This document shows positions 29,695 through 38,863 of a stretch of 64,000 bases of DNA, piece by piece. Every line of letters begins with the position of its first letter. The stretch's first letter is position 1. This DNA is from Candidatus Heimdallarchaeota archaeon (GTDB taxonomy: Archaea; Asgardarchaeota; Heimdallarchaeia; Heimdallarchaeales; Heimdallarchaeaceae): positions 352,001 through 416,000 of the forward strand of contig JAUVXV010000001.1 in NCBI GenBank assembly GCA_030603365.1. The letters are read 5' to 3'. The translations under genes were made by a program, and so were the position numbers. The notes beneath the pieces were generated by a model. That model saw only the letters and a program-made list of their open reading frames with translations, ran no database searches and was not told the origin of the DNA.

Positions 29695-31098
29695 ATGAAA
29701 AAAAACATAATTATTATAATGTCTAGTATTTTTACAATCGCTTTAATAGTCACTCTAGTTTTGACACTTTCACCACAAACCCCTACAGATGAAGAAGAAG
29801 GTGATATTATTCCTCCAAAAATTACAATTTTTACTCCCTATTGGAGGGCTGTAGTTTCTGGAAATGTATCTATTTATGTTGAAGCGGTAGATGAAGGAGA
29901 AAATGCTTCTGGTGTTGAGTCTTATGAAATTTATATTGATAATGAGCTAAAGGTATCAAACAACTCTTACTGGTGGAATGTTTCTTCATATGAAGATGGT
30001 TCTAAACATGTACTACACGCTAGAGCTTATGATAAGAGTGGTAATGTAGGCTATTGGAATAATACAGTTGTTGTAGATAATACTCTTGATCTCCCTCCTT
30101 CTGATGCTTTCAAAGTTATGGTATGGAACATTCATGAGAGTGGTACTTTAGAACCTTGGTTAAAAGTTATGAGGGAAGAAAATGCTGATATTGTTATTCT
30201 GGATGAGACAGGGTTTCTTGACAATTCACGAAATCTTGAATATGAAATGAACCATCTCAATGGGTATTTTTATTATGAAGCCCCTTATGATGGAAGAGCT
30301 ATTGACTGTTTAGCATGCACAGATGGAAAAGTTGTTTTAAGCAGGTATCCTATACTTGAATTTCATCAGATAATTGATTATAGATTAGATGATGGAAGTA
30401 TACATCATTATCATCGAGCTTGGTGTGATTGTGTAATAGATATAGCGGGGACTGTTACTCATATGATAGGATATCATGGGAAGTGTTGTTCTCCTGATCC
30501 ACATACTAATACAACTTTAATGAGAGAAAATGAAACACAAGGTATCATCAATTATATGGATGATATAGGAGATGTCCCTATCATGTTTGGAGGGGATTTT
30601 AATTCTAATTCTCCCTTTGATGTCGGTGATGTCGCTGGAGTAGCCAATAATCTCGGAACCGGACCAATAAAAATGCTTTTGATGCCTGAAGATCCAGTTT
30701 ATGGAAAATATTGCTCACATGTACACAATTTTACTGATACATGGAGAACGATGTATCCTCACGAGAAAGGATGGACTTTTGGTTTAACTATGCCCCAATA
30801 TTGGGGTCGTATCGATTTTCTCTTTGTAAACCAACATTGGGCGGATAAAATGATAAATGGAACAACTGGGGATACTCCTTCTGCAAATATAAGCTCTGAC
30901 CATTATTCAGTTGATGCCTTTTTTTCGCTTGATGCAAATTATTCATATTTTAATACAACCAGTTTTAAATCAGAGAAAAACCACTTTCTTTACTTATCAA
31001 CCCCTAGCAGCATTAAGGTTCAATCATTATCTCACTTGGAAGCAGTTTTTGTAAATATAATAGACACATCTTTGGGAATAAAGCGATATAAAATATAA
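29695..31098 (+). CDS. Membrane-anchored Ig-like + exonuclease/endonuclease/phosphatase (EEP) protein
   Basis: N-terminal TM, Big-like domain, VWNI, ADIVILDE, GGDFN, RIDF, SSDH. Confidence 0.82.
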   Translation: MKKNIIIIMSSIFTIALIVTLVLTLSPQTPTDEEEGDIIPPKITIFTPYWRAVVSGNVSIYVEAVDEGENASGVESYEIYIDNELKVSNNSYWWNVSSYEDGSKHVLHARAYDKSGNVGYWNNTVVVDNTLDLPPSDAFKVMVWNIHESGTLEPWLKVMREENADIVILDETGFLDNSRNLEYEMNHLNGYFYYEAPYDGRAIDCLACTDGKVVLSRYPILEFHQIIDYRLDDGSIHHYHRAWCDCVIDIAGTVTHMIGYHGKCCSPDPHTNTTLMRENETQGIINYMDDIGDVPIMFGGDFNSNSPFDVGDVAGVANNLGTGPIKMLLMPEDPVYGKYCSHVHNFTDTWRTMYPHEKGWTFGLTMPQYWGRIDFLFVNQHWADKMINGTTGDTPSANISSDHYSVDAFFSLDANYSYFNTTSFKSEKNHFLYLSTPSSIKVQSLSHLEAVFVNIIDTSLGIKRYKI

Positions 31099-31204
31099 TC
31101 CTCTTTTTTTTTATATTATTTATTGATTTTTATTTCATTTCCAAAGAGTAAGATTTTTGATATCTATATTTTATTAGCAACTAAACAGATGAAAAGGCGA
31201 TAAT

Positions 31205-33094
31205 ATGAACTATCGAAATAGAATGGAAGAGATAATGAGTGGAAAACATCGTTTATCTGAAGAGGACAGATTGAAAATGGATTATTTGCCAGATGATATT
31301 CCTCCTCTTCCAAAGGGTGAAGATGCTTTAAAACCTTCAACAAAAGCTGGATGGGAAACTGAAGCTATTATTCGTGCTATGATTTCTAATCTTCATAATG
31401 GTAGAGATTGGGAAAAATTGTATATTTATGGTGGATCAGGTAAAGTTGCAAGAGATTGGAAATCTTTTAATGAAACTGTTGAATTATTGAAAACACTTGA
31501 ACCTAATGAAACCCTTTTCTTGCAATCTGGAGTTCCTTATGGAAAAATGCAAACAACAAGGTGGGCACCAAGATGTGTCATTACAAATAGTGTAATTGTT
31601 CCTCACTGGACACCTTATTTTGAAGAATTTGTAGCCTCTGGTTTATCTGTATATGGTCAAATGACAGCAGGTTCTTTCATCTTCATTGGATTACAAGGTA
31701 TTATTCAAGGTACATATGAAACAATTGCTGCATCTATTAAAGCAGCTGAGAAAAAGCAAATTTATCAAGAGTTTTCCAATTTTGAGAAAAAACTTGTTGT
31801 AAGTGCAGGACTAGGTTTGATGAGTGGAGCTCAACCTTTAGCTATTAAAATGTGTGAAAAAATTGGAATAATAGCAGAAGTTAACCCACATCTAATAGAT
31901 AGAATGTATAATACTGGTAGAGATCAAGGCGCTCCGTATTTGGACTATAAGACCGAATCAATAGAGGAAGCTATTAAAATTGCACAAGAATCTGCTGAAA
32001 AAGGAGAAGTTGTTTCAATAGGTGTTTTATGCAATGCTATAGATTTGTTACAATATCTGGTTGAGGAAGAAATTACTCCTCTCGTTCTAACAGATCAAAC
32101 TTCAGCTCATGATCTTTTGAATGGTTACTATCCAATGGGTATTAGTTATGATGAAGCAGATATAATGAGAGTAGAAAGTCCAGAAGAATATCTTGAACGC
32201 TCGAAGAAAACAGTTGTTAAACATGTTAGTCTAATGGTTGAACTAAATAAACGGGGAGCAGAAACCTTTGATTATGGAAACAATATACGACAACAAGCTT
32301 ATGAATTAGGAGTTGAAGATGCATTTGATTATTCTGGTTTTGTTCTAGAATATGTTCGACCCCTCTTTTGTGAAGGTAAAGGTCCTTTTAGATGGATGGC
32401 TCTTAGTAATGATCCTGAGGATATCAAAATTACAGACAAATATGCAAAAAAACTATTCTACGATGATACTCAACTTGTTAACTGGTTGGAACTTGCAGAT
32501 AAGTATATTCCATTTGAAAAAGGCTTACCCGCAAGAGTATTTTGGGCTGGTTTTGTTGGACGAGCTGCTTTTGGAATGTTGATGAACAAACTAGTTTCTG
32601 AAGGAATTCTAAAAGCTCCAGTAGTTATCGGTCGGGATCATTTGGATGGAGGAAGTGTAGCTTCGCCGAATAGGGAAACTGAGGGAATGAAAGATGGTAG
32701 TGATGCTATAGGTGATTACCCAATAATCAACCTCTTAGGAAATGCATTAAGTGGAGCAACTTGGGTGTCATATCATGGTGGAGGGGGTGTAGGAGTAGGT
32801 TATTCGCTACATGCAGGTCAAGTAATTCTTGCTGATGGAACAAGACTTTCTCAAGAAAAACTTTTCCGTGTCCTTACTTGGGATCCCTTGAGTGCCGTTT
32901 TACGTCATGCAGCTGCTGGGTACGAAAAAGCTATTGATGTTGGAAATGAACATAAGTTAGTTATTCCTGGACGAAATGAAATAAGAGAATTCGATTATGA
33001 GAAGCTTTACGACCATATAGTCACTCTGGTCAAAGATAGAACTGGAGTAGAATTATTTCCACCTATGGAAAACCTTGAATTATCCCTGAAGTGA
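31205..33094 (+). CDS. hutU: Urocanate hydratase
   Basis: YGGSGK, YGQMTAGS, QGIIQGTYET, TDQTSAHD, GPFRW, GRDHLD..SVASPNRETE. Confidence 0.95.
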   Translation: MNYRNRMEEIMSGKHRLSEEDRLKMDYLPDDIPPLPKGEDALKPSTKAGWETEAIIRAMISNLHNGRDWEKLYIYGGSGKVARDWKSFNETVELLKTLEPNETLFLQSGVPYGKMQTTRWAPRCVITNSVIVPHWTPYFEEFVASGLSVYGQMTAGSFIFIGLQGIIQGTYETIAASIKAAEKKQIYQEFSNFEKKLVVSAGLGLMSGAQPLAIKMCEKIGIIAEVNPHLIDRMYNTGRDQGAPYLDYKTESIEEAIKIAQESAEKGEVVSIGVLCNAIDLLQYLVEEEITPLVLTDQTSAHDLLNGYYPMGISYDEADIMRVESPEEYLERSKKTVVKHVSLMVELNKRGAETFDYGNNIRQQAYELGVEDAFDYSGFVLEYVRPLFCEGKGPFRWMALSNDPEDIKITDKYAKKLFYDDTQLVNWLELADKYIPFEKGLPARVFWAGFVGRAAFGMLMNKLVSEGILKAPVVIGRDHLDGGSVASPNRETEGMKDGSDAIGDYPIINLLGNALSGATWVSYHGGGGVGVGYSLHAGQVILADGTRLSQEKLFRVLTWDPLSAVLRHAAAGYEKAIDVGNEHKLVIPGRNEIREFDYEKLYDHIVTLVKDRTGVELFPPMENLELSLK

Positions 33095-33189
33095 TATTCT
33101 TTTCTCATTCTTCTATTCTTTTTTCCCATCACATAGTAAATCTTTAAATTTCAACTAATTTATTTGAATATGTCTGTTCAGTGATTTAA

Positions 33190-33885
33190 ATGAATACTGA
33201 AATTACTAAGATTCTGGAAATTTGTAAAAATCAAGGAAAAACCGTTCTTTCTTATGAGGAATCTAGAACAATAATGTCTCTAGCAGGTTTTCCACTAAAT
33301 AAAATGGAAATTGCAGTAGACTCGGAAGATTGTTTGGTTAAAGCTAAAAAAATAGGTTATCCTGTTGTTTTGAAAGTTATTTCTGAAAATGTGATTCATA
33401 AATCAGATTCAGGTGGAGTTAAAATAAATATAAGCTCGGATGAGGATTTGAAAAAGGCACATGAAGAAATGTTAGTTAGCGTGAAAAATATCTACCCCGA
33501 TGCTACTATTACTGGTTTCAGTATTGAAGAAATGGTTGACGGTGTTGAATTACTCATAGGCACAAATACTGATGATCAATTTGGAAAGATGATTGCTTTG
33601 GGGATTGGGGGGATTTTTGTTGAAGTGTATAAAGATGTTTCATTCCGTTTGATTCCAGTAAATGAAAAAGATGTCTTAGAAATGATTGCGGAAATTAAAG
33701 GAAAGAAAATGCTTGAAGGGTATAGAGGCAAACCTGAAGTGGATAAAGCTGAACTAATCTCTTTAGTGCTAAAGGTCTCCAAATTTATAGAGCAATATCC
33801 AAATATCAAAGAAATGGATCTCAACCCTGTAGTTGTAACTAAGACTGGTCTTAAAACAATTGATGCGCGAATAATTCTAGAATAA
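33190..33885 (+). CDS. acdB: ADP-forming acyl-CoA synthetase beta subunit (ATP-grasp), no adjacent alpha gene
   Basis: GYPVVLK, HKSDSGGV, EMDLNP, DAR. Confidence 0.88.
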   Translation: MNTEITKILEICKNQGKTVLSYEESRTIMSLAGFPLNKMEIAVDSEDCLVKAKKIGYPVVLKVISENVIHKSDSGGVKINISSDEDLKKAHEEMLVSVKNIYPDATITGFSIEEMVDGVELLIGTNTDDQFGKMIALGIGGIFVEVYKDVSFRLIPVNEKDVLEMIAEIKGKKMLEGYRGKPEVDKAELISLVLKVSKFIEQYPNIKEMDLNPVVVTKTGLKTIDARIILE

Positions 33886-33941
33886 TGAGATGAAAAGATA
33901 AATTTTTATTTCTTAAAAAAACTTTAGACTTGGTGAAGTAC

Positions 33942-34211
33942 ATGAAAATTCGAGCATCACATATATTAATAAAAAAATATGGACAAGCTGAACAGATACT
34001 CTCTGAACTTAAAGGTGGCGGAAATTTTAAGCAATTAGCAAAAACCCATTCAACATGTCCATCTAGTAAGAAAGGAGGAGATCTTGGTCAATTTGGTAAA
34101 GGACAAATGGTCAAGGAATTTGAACAAGCTGCATTTAATCTAAAAAAAGGCGAATTATCAGGTTTAGTAAAAACCAAATTTGGATATCATATCATCAAAA
34201 GAACAGGATGA
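33942..34211 (+). CDS. ppiC: Parvulin peptidyl-prolyl isomerase
   Basis: [30 protein letters not shown]; GGTGA before ATG 33942. Confidence 0.93.
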   Translation: MKIRASHILIKKYGQAEQILSELKGGGNFKQLAKTHSTCPSSKKGGDLGQFGKGQMVKEFEQAAFNLKKGELSGLVKTKFGYHIIKRTG

Positions 34212-34297
34212 ACTCACTCCTTTTTTTTCTTCTTGTTAGAGAGAAATCTTTATATTTAACTATATGTGTATTAATTTAGCACACACGATGGTGTATT

Positions 34298-34960
34298 ATG
34301 ATGTCAGTAGATGTTGATGATAATATCAAAAGGCAGGTAAAAGAGATTTTCCAGCATATGGAAAATGAAGTTACTGCTAAGTTATTTGTAGACAAAGATA
34401 AATGTCTAACTTGCGCTCAAACAAAGGAAATTCTTGAATTGTTAGCTGAATTAGCACCAGAAAACAAGCTTAAAGTTGTGATTTTTAACAAAGAAGATAA
34501 TCCTCCAGAAATTGAGCAGTATGAAGTTAGAAGATTTCCAACAATTTTATTACATGGAGATGAAGAACATAAAGTTATATTCACAGGAATTCCAAGTGGT
34601 TACGAATTTGGTTCACTAGTTGAAGATATTCTAGATATATCCGCAAGAAAGGTTACTTTAAAACCAGAAAATCTAGAAAAAGTTAAGAAAATAGATAAAC
34701 CAATTCACATTCAAGTTTTTGTTACTCCAACATGTCCATATTGTCCAGCTGCAGTTCGTTTGGCTCACAAACTAGCAATGGCTAATCCAAATATTATTGG
34801 AGAAATGGTTGAAGCAACAGAATTTCCGCTTTTATCGAAGAAATATTTTGTAATGGGAGTTCCAAAAACAGTAATTAATGAAGGAAAGGTTCAATTTGAA
34901 GGGGCTTATCCTGAAGATGACTTTGTAGAAAAAGTTCTCGAAGCTTATAAGGATGCATAA
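34298..34960 (+). CDS. Protein disulfide oxidoreductase (two thioredoxin folds)
   Basis: CLTC and CPYC, GIPSGYEF, GVP. Confidence 0.9.
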   Translation: MMSVDVDDNIKRQVKEIFQHMENEVTAKLFVDKDKCLTCAQTKEILELLAELAPENKLKVVIFNKEDNPPEIEQYEVRRFPTILLHGDEEHKVIFTGIPSGYEFGSLVEDILDISARKVTLKPENLEKVKKIDKPIHIQVFVTPTCPYCPAAVRLAHKLAMANPNIIGEMVEATEFPLLSKKYFVMGVPKTVINEGKVQFEGAYPEDDFVEKVLEAYKDA

Positions 34961-34985
34961 TTGCACCTATAAGTTCCTTTTATTT

Positions 34986-36044
34986 TTATTCCTCTAAATC
35001 ATCTTTTATGATTTCACTAGGATCTTGTAATTCTTCTTCTTTTTCTTCCACAATTTTCTCATCAGAAGAGACTTCAGAAACGTCTTTAATTTCTTTAGTT
35101 TCGGAAACCTGCTCTTCAACAGCTTCTTCTTTGATTTCAACAGGATCCTCACTTATTTCTTCTTCCTCTTCCTCCTCTTCTTCTACATCTTCTAATTCAT
35201 GCTCTTTCTTTTCATTATACAATTTTTTGATATTCTGTTTTACTAAATCAATAGCAGTTTTCTTCTGCATTTCTACTTCTTTTAATTTAAGATTTATATC
35301 TTCTTCAGTTAGGATTTTCTTTGTTTCTTTATCATCATCTAATTCTATTGACTCAATATAATCTTTCATCATGTTTAATCTCATATTGAGGGCTTTGAAA
35401 CTATCATGATCCTTAACTTCGTTAATTTGTTTTGGTAAACCTTGCAGTTCTAGAAGATATTGCTGTATCTGGAATGCAAAATTTTCAAGTTTATCCATTG
35501 TCTGAAATACTTTCTTCTCAAGTTTTTCTTCTGCAATATCAGTTTTTGATAATCTAGCTTTTTTGGTTTCTTTGTCAGTGAAAAATAGAACATGAACTTT
35601 ACCATAACCATAGAGTAAGATTGGCATTACAAAGATCATTACAAAAATGGGTATAAAGCAAATAAGAGGAATAGCAATAATAGGTTTTAACCCTTGAAAA
35701 TTATTGAATAAATTCTGCAATGATTCTTCGAAAATTGGTATGGTTTCATGCAAGATAACAATAATCATACTGTAAAATAATACTACAGGAATTGATATTC
35801 CAAGTGATTTCAGTAGAGATTTGAACATATTGAATGTTGAATCAAGCGAAACTTCATCCTTATAGTGATATACACATTCTGTTACAGTAATCAACGCCAC
35901 TAGGAAAGCAAGAGGAACTTCAAAAATGGCTAAAATCAGAACATCTGTTGAAAATATAGGTATTAATAGCAGACTGAATATCGCGGCAATAATGAATGAA
36001 AATACACTTTGATTAAGATTCCTAGACATACTTGCATGTGGCAT
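34986..36044 (-). CDS. Hypothetical membrane protein: 4 TM, coiled coil, acidic tail
   Basis: Hydrophobic N-half, helical charged middle, E-rich low-complexity C-terminus. Confidence 0.7.
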   Translation of the reverse strand: MPHASMSRNLNQSVFSFIIAAIFSLLLIPIFSTDVLILAIFEVPLAFLVALITVTECVYHYKDEVSLDSTFNMFKSLLKSLGISIPVVLFYSMIIVILHETIPIFEESLQNLFNNFQGLKPIIAIPLICFIPIFVMIFVMPILLYGYGKVHVLFFTDKETKKARLSKTDIAEEKLEKKVFQTMDKLENFAFQIQQYLLELQGLPKQINEVKDHDSFKALNMRLNMMKDYIESIELDDDKETKKILTEEDINLKLKEVEMQKKTAIDLVKQNIKKLYNEKKEHELEDVEEEEEEEEEISEDPVEIKEEAVEEQVSETKEIKDVSEVSSDEKIVEEKEEELQDPSEIIKDDLEE

Positions 36045-36166
36045 AATTACTATATAGTTGAGATTCTAAAAAAAGGTTTTCCATGAAGGAAATCGATTGC
36101 ACATTATCGTAATTTCTAAATTGTTTATCAGTAATATTTTTCAATTCAATGGTTATACCTTAGTTA

Positions 36167-37471
36167 ATGAAGAAAAATCTATTAATATTCATATTTGTGT
36201 TTTCTCTCTTATTTTCTATACTTAACAGTAATAATGTCACATATGCTATAGATAATAACAATGTTACAGAAGACACAGAGCTACCCAAGCTAAATGTTAG
36301 TTTCAATGCAACATCAGCTTCAGAGTTTTTCAATGAAACATCATTTCCTAGATATGCTCTAGCTGCAAGACCTATGGGTATGATAAAATACCCAAACAAA
36401 GTAAATCCAGCAATCAAAATATATGATGAGGAAATAAACATCATAACTTCAGGATCTTCTGAAGCTAATACTTGGAACTTTACCATGATAGATGCAAATA
36501 CTTCTCTTTCTTTGAACATACTTGAATCCGAATATATTGATGGAATGTGGTATTTCACCACTTTACCAGAAATTCAAAGAGAAGGATTATATGATTTACA
36601 ACTCAATTGCAGTGAGGGTGATGATTACCAAACTCATGCAATTCAAATTCTTGAAGAACAGTTTTATCCCTTTACCTTTGTACATGTATCCGATACACAT
36701 TTTCCAGCTTATTATGAAGATTTTAATACCACAGATATCAATTTGCAAGAGATTGAGAACATAATAGCGTTAGACCCAGATTTCGTTATTGTAACTGGAG
36801 ATTTAATCCAAGGTCCTACTGCATACTTTTTGGATCCCGAAACTGGAAAGCCATTAAGATCTGAAATTCAATACCGCCTTGCAATTTGGGCTTTAGATCT
36901 GTTTAATAAACCAGTTTTTTATATTCATGGTAACCATGAATTTATAAAATCCTCTTTGATTCCTGATGATCCTGGGACAAATTATTTCAAATATTTTGGA
37001 ACTGTTGTTTATCAGAATTTTACTTTTCTGGATTGGTCTTTTGTTGGTTTTGGTTCTGAATGGTCTGGATTATCTCAAGCAGAATATGATGCTGTATTTC
37101 AAATACTTGCACAGAATTCTGATGGTGCTACAGTGCTATACTACCATTACGATTTTGCAGATCATGCTACAAGTTTACATAATAAATTTCCAATAGAATT
37201 GGCCTTATATGGTCACGAACACCATGAAGATTTGTATCTAAGTAAAAATACATTATATCATCTACAAGCTCCGTTATTTGACAGAGAATTTACATTGTTT
37301 TCAATTCTAAATGAAACAAGCTTAACTGTTGATTCACAAACCTTTAACTTTGAACTACTTCCTTATGTCCCTCCAGAACCAGTTGAAACAACACCTGTGG
37401 AATTTATATTCTTCGGGCCCTCTATGATGATTTTAGCATTAATGGTCAATTATTCAAGAAAAAAGAAGTAA
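36167..37471 (+). CDS. Secreted metallophosphoesterase with C-terminal anchor
   Basis: Signal peptide, SDTH, TGDL, GNHE, GHEH; C-terminal Pro/Thr linker, TM and RKKK. Confidence 0.85.
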   Translation: MKKNLLIFIFVFSLLFSILNSNNVTYAIDNNNVTEDTELPKLNVSFNATSASEFFNETSFPRYALAARPMGMIKYPNKVNPAIKIYDEEINIITSGSSEANTWNFTMIDANTSLSLNILESEYIDGMWYFTTLPEIQREGLYDLQLNCSEGDDYQTHAIQILEEQFYPFTFVHVSDTHFPAYYEDFNTTDINLQEIENIIALDPDFVIVTGDLIQGPTAYFLDPETGKPLRSEIQYRLAIWALDLFNKPVFYIHGNHEFIKSSLIPDDPGTNYFKYFGTVVYQNFTFLDWSFVGFGSEWSGLSQAEYDAVFQILAQNSDGATVLYYHYDFADHATSLHNKFPIELALYGHEHHEDLYLSKNTLYHLQAPLFDREFTLFSILNETSLTVDSQTFNFELLPYVPPEPVETTPVEFIFFGPSMMILALMVNYSRKKK

Positions 37472-37556
37472 AACTCTTTTTTCATTCATTTTATTATCAA
37501 ACAAATTTATATTGTACATTGTATAAGCTTGTGTTGTTCATATAAGGGGCATTACT

Positions 37557-38846
37557 ATGCTGGAAATTGATAGATATAAAACATCCTTGAATGAAGTTTT
37601 CTTGGAACAAAAGAAGCTTGAATTACAACTATTAGTTGAGAAAGAGATTGCTGATGCTAATTTTCAATTAGGAAAGATTCCTAAAGAAGCAAATGATGTT
37701 ATTCAAGAAAAATGTAATCCTGTGTTCGTAAAACTAGAAAGAGTGAAGGAAATTGAAAAGGAAGTTCACCACGATTTAATGAGTTTAGTTTATGCGATTG
37801 CAGAACAGTGCGGTGATTATGGTGGTTATATTCATCTTGGTGCAACATCATCTGACATTCAGGATACAGTAAGAGGATTACAACTAAAGGAATCAAAGCA
37901 ACAAATCATTAATGCATTAGAGCAGAATATTGAATCTGTAAAAGAACTAGCTTCAAAACACAAAGATTTAGCTTGTATAGGTAGAACTCATGGAATCCAT
38001 GCTGTTCCAACAACCTACGGTATGAAATTCGGTAATTTTCTCAACGAACTTATACTTGTGAAGGAAACCCTTGAGAACGCTAAAGTAGATTATGGTAAAA
38101 TATCGGGGGCAGTTGGTACCTATGCATCATATGGAACACAAGAAATAGAAAAAATTGTTCTTAGCAAGCTTAAACTTAAGAAGCAACCAATCACATCTCA
38201 AGTAATTACGAGGGTTATACATGCAAAATATGTTCAAGCTCTAGTTTTAATTGCAACTGTTTTAGAACATTTTGCGAAGGAAATTAGAAATCTTCAGAGA
38301 ACTGAAATTGATGAAGTAAGAGAATCTTTTGTAGAAAAACAAGTAGGATCTTCTACTATGGCACAAAAAAGAAATCCTGAAAAAAGTGAGCGGATTTGTG
38401 GTATAGCTCGCATCATCAGAAGTTATGTACAACCAGCTTTAGAAAACATTGGCTTAGAACATGAAAGAGATCTTTCAAATTCAAGTGCAGAAAGGGTCAT
38501 TTTCTCACAAGTTTCAATTCTCACTCACTATATACTTCTTCAAATGGACCAAATTCTAAATTCACTTCATTTTAATACAGAAAAAATCCAATCCAATCTC
38601 TATTTTCGCAAAGGAGCACAATGTGCAGAACATCTTATGATTAAGATGACCGATAAAATAGGAAGACAAAAAGCTCATGATTTGCTGAAGAATTTAGCAA
38701 AAGAAGAAAATTTCATAGAAACAGTTAAGCAAAATGAAATTATCTCCAAATACTTTGACGATGAAGAACTAGATGAGATATTAGATCCTATGAACTATCT
38801 AGGCTTATCAAAAGAAGTCGTACAGAACTTAATAGATTCCCTATGA
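37557..38846 (+). CDS. purB: Adenylosuccinate lyase
   Basis: HDLM, HLGATSSD, GRTHG, GSSTMAQKRNP, HERDLSNS. Confidence 0.93.
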   Translation: MLEIDRYKTSLNEVFLEQKKLELQLLVEKEIADANFQLGKIPKEANDVIQEKCNPVFVKLERVKEIEKEVHHDLMSLVYAIAEQCGDYGGYIHLGATSSDIQDTVRGLQLKESKQQIINALEQNIESVKELASKHKDLACIGRTHGIHAVPTTYGMKFGNFLNELILVKETLENAKVDYGKISGAVGTYASYGTQEIEKIVLSKLKLKKQPITSQVITRVIHAKYVQALVLIATVLEHFAKEIRNLQRTEIDEVRESFVEKQVGSSTMAQKRNPEKSERICGIARIIRSYVQPALENIGLEHERDLSNSSAERVIFSQVSILTHYILLQMDQILNSLHFNTEKIQSNLYFRKGAQCAEHLMIKMTDKIGRQKAHDLLKNLAKEENFIETVKQNEIISKYFDDEELDEILDPMNYLGLSKEVVQNLIDSL

Positions 38847-38863
38847 TTTTTTTCAATTACTAA

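Noticed and set aside
35008-35361. Ser-rich 117-aa ORF
   Set aside because: Antisense shadow of the Glu-rich tail of 34986-36044
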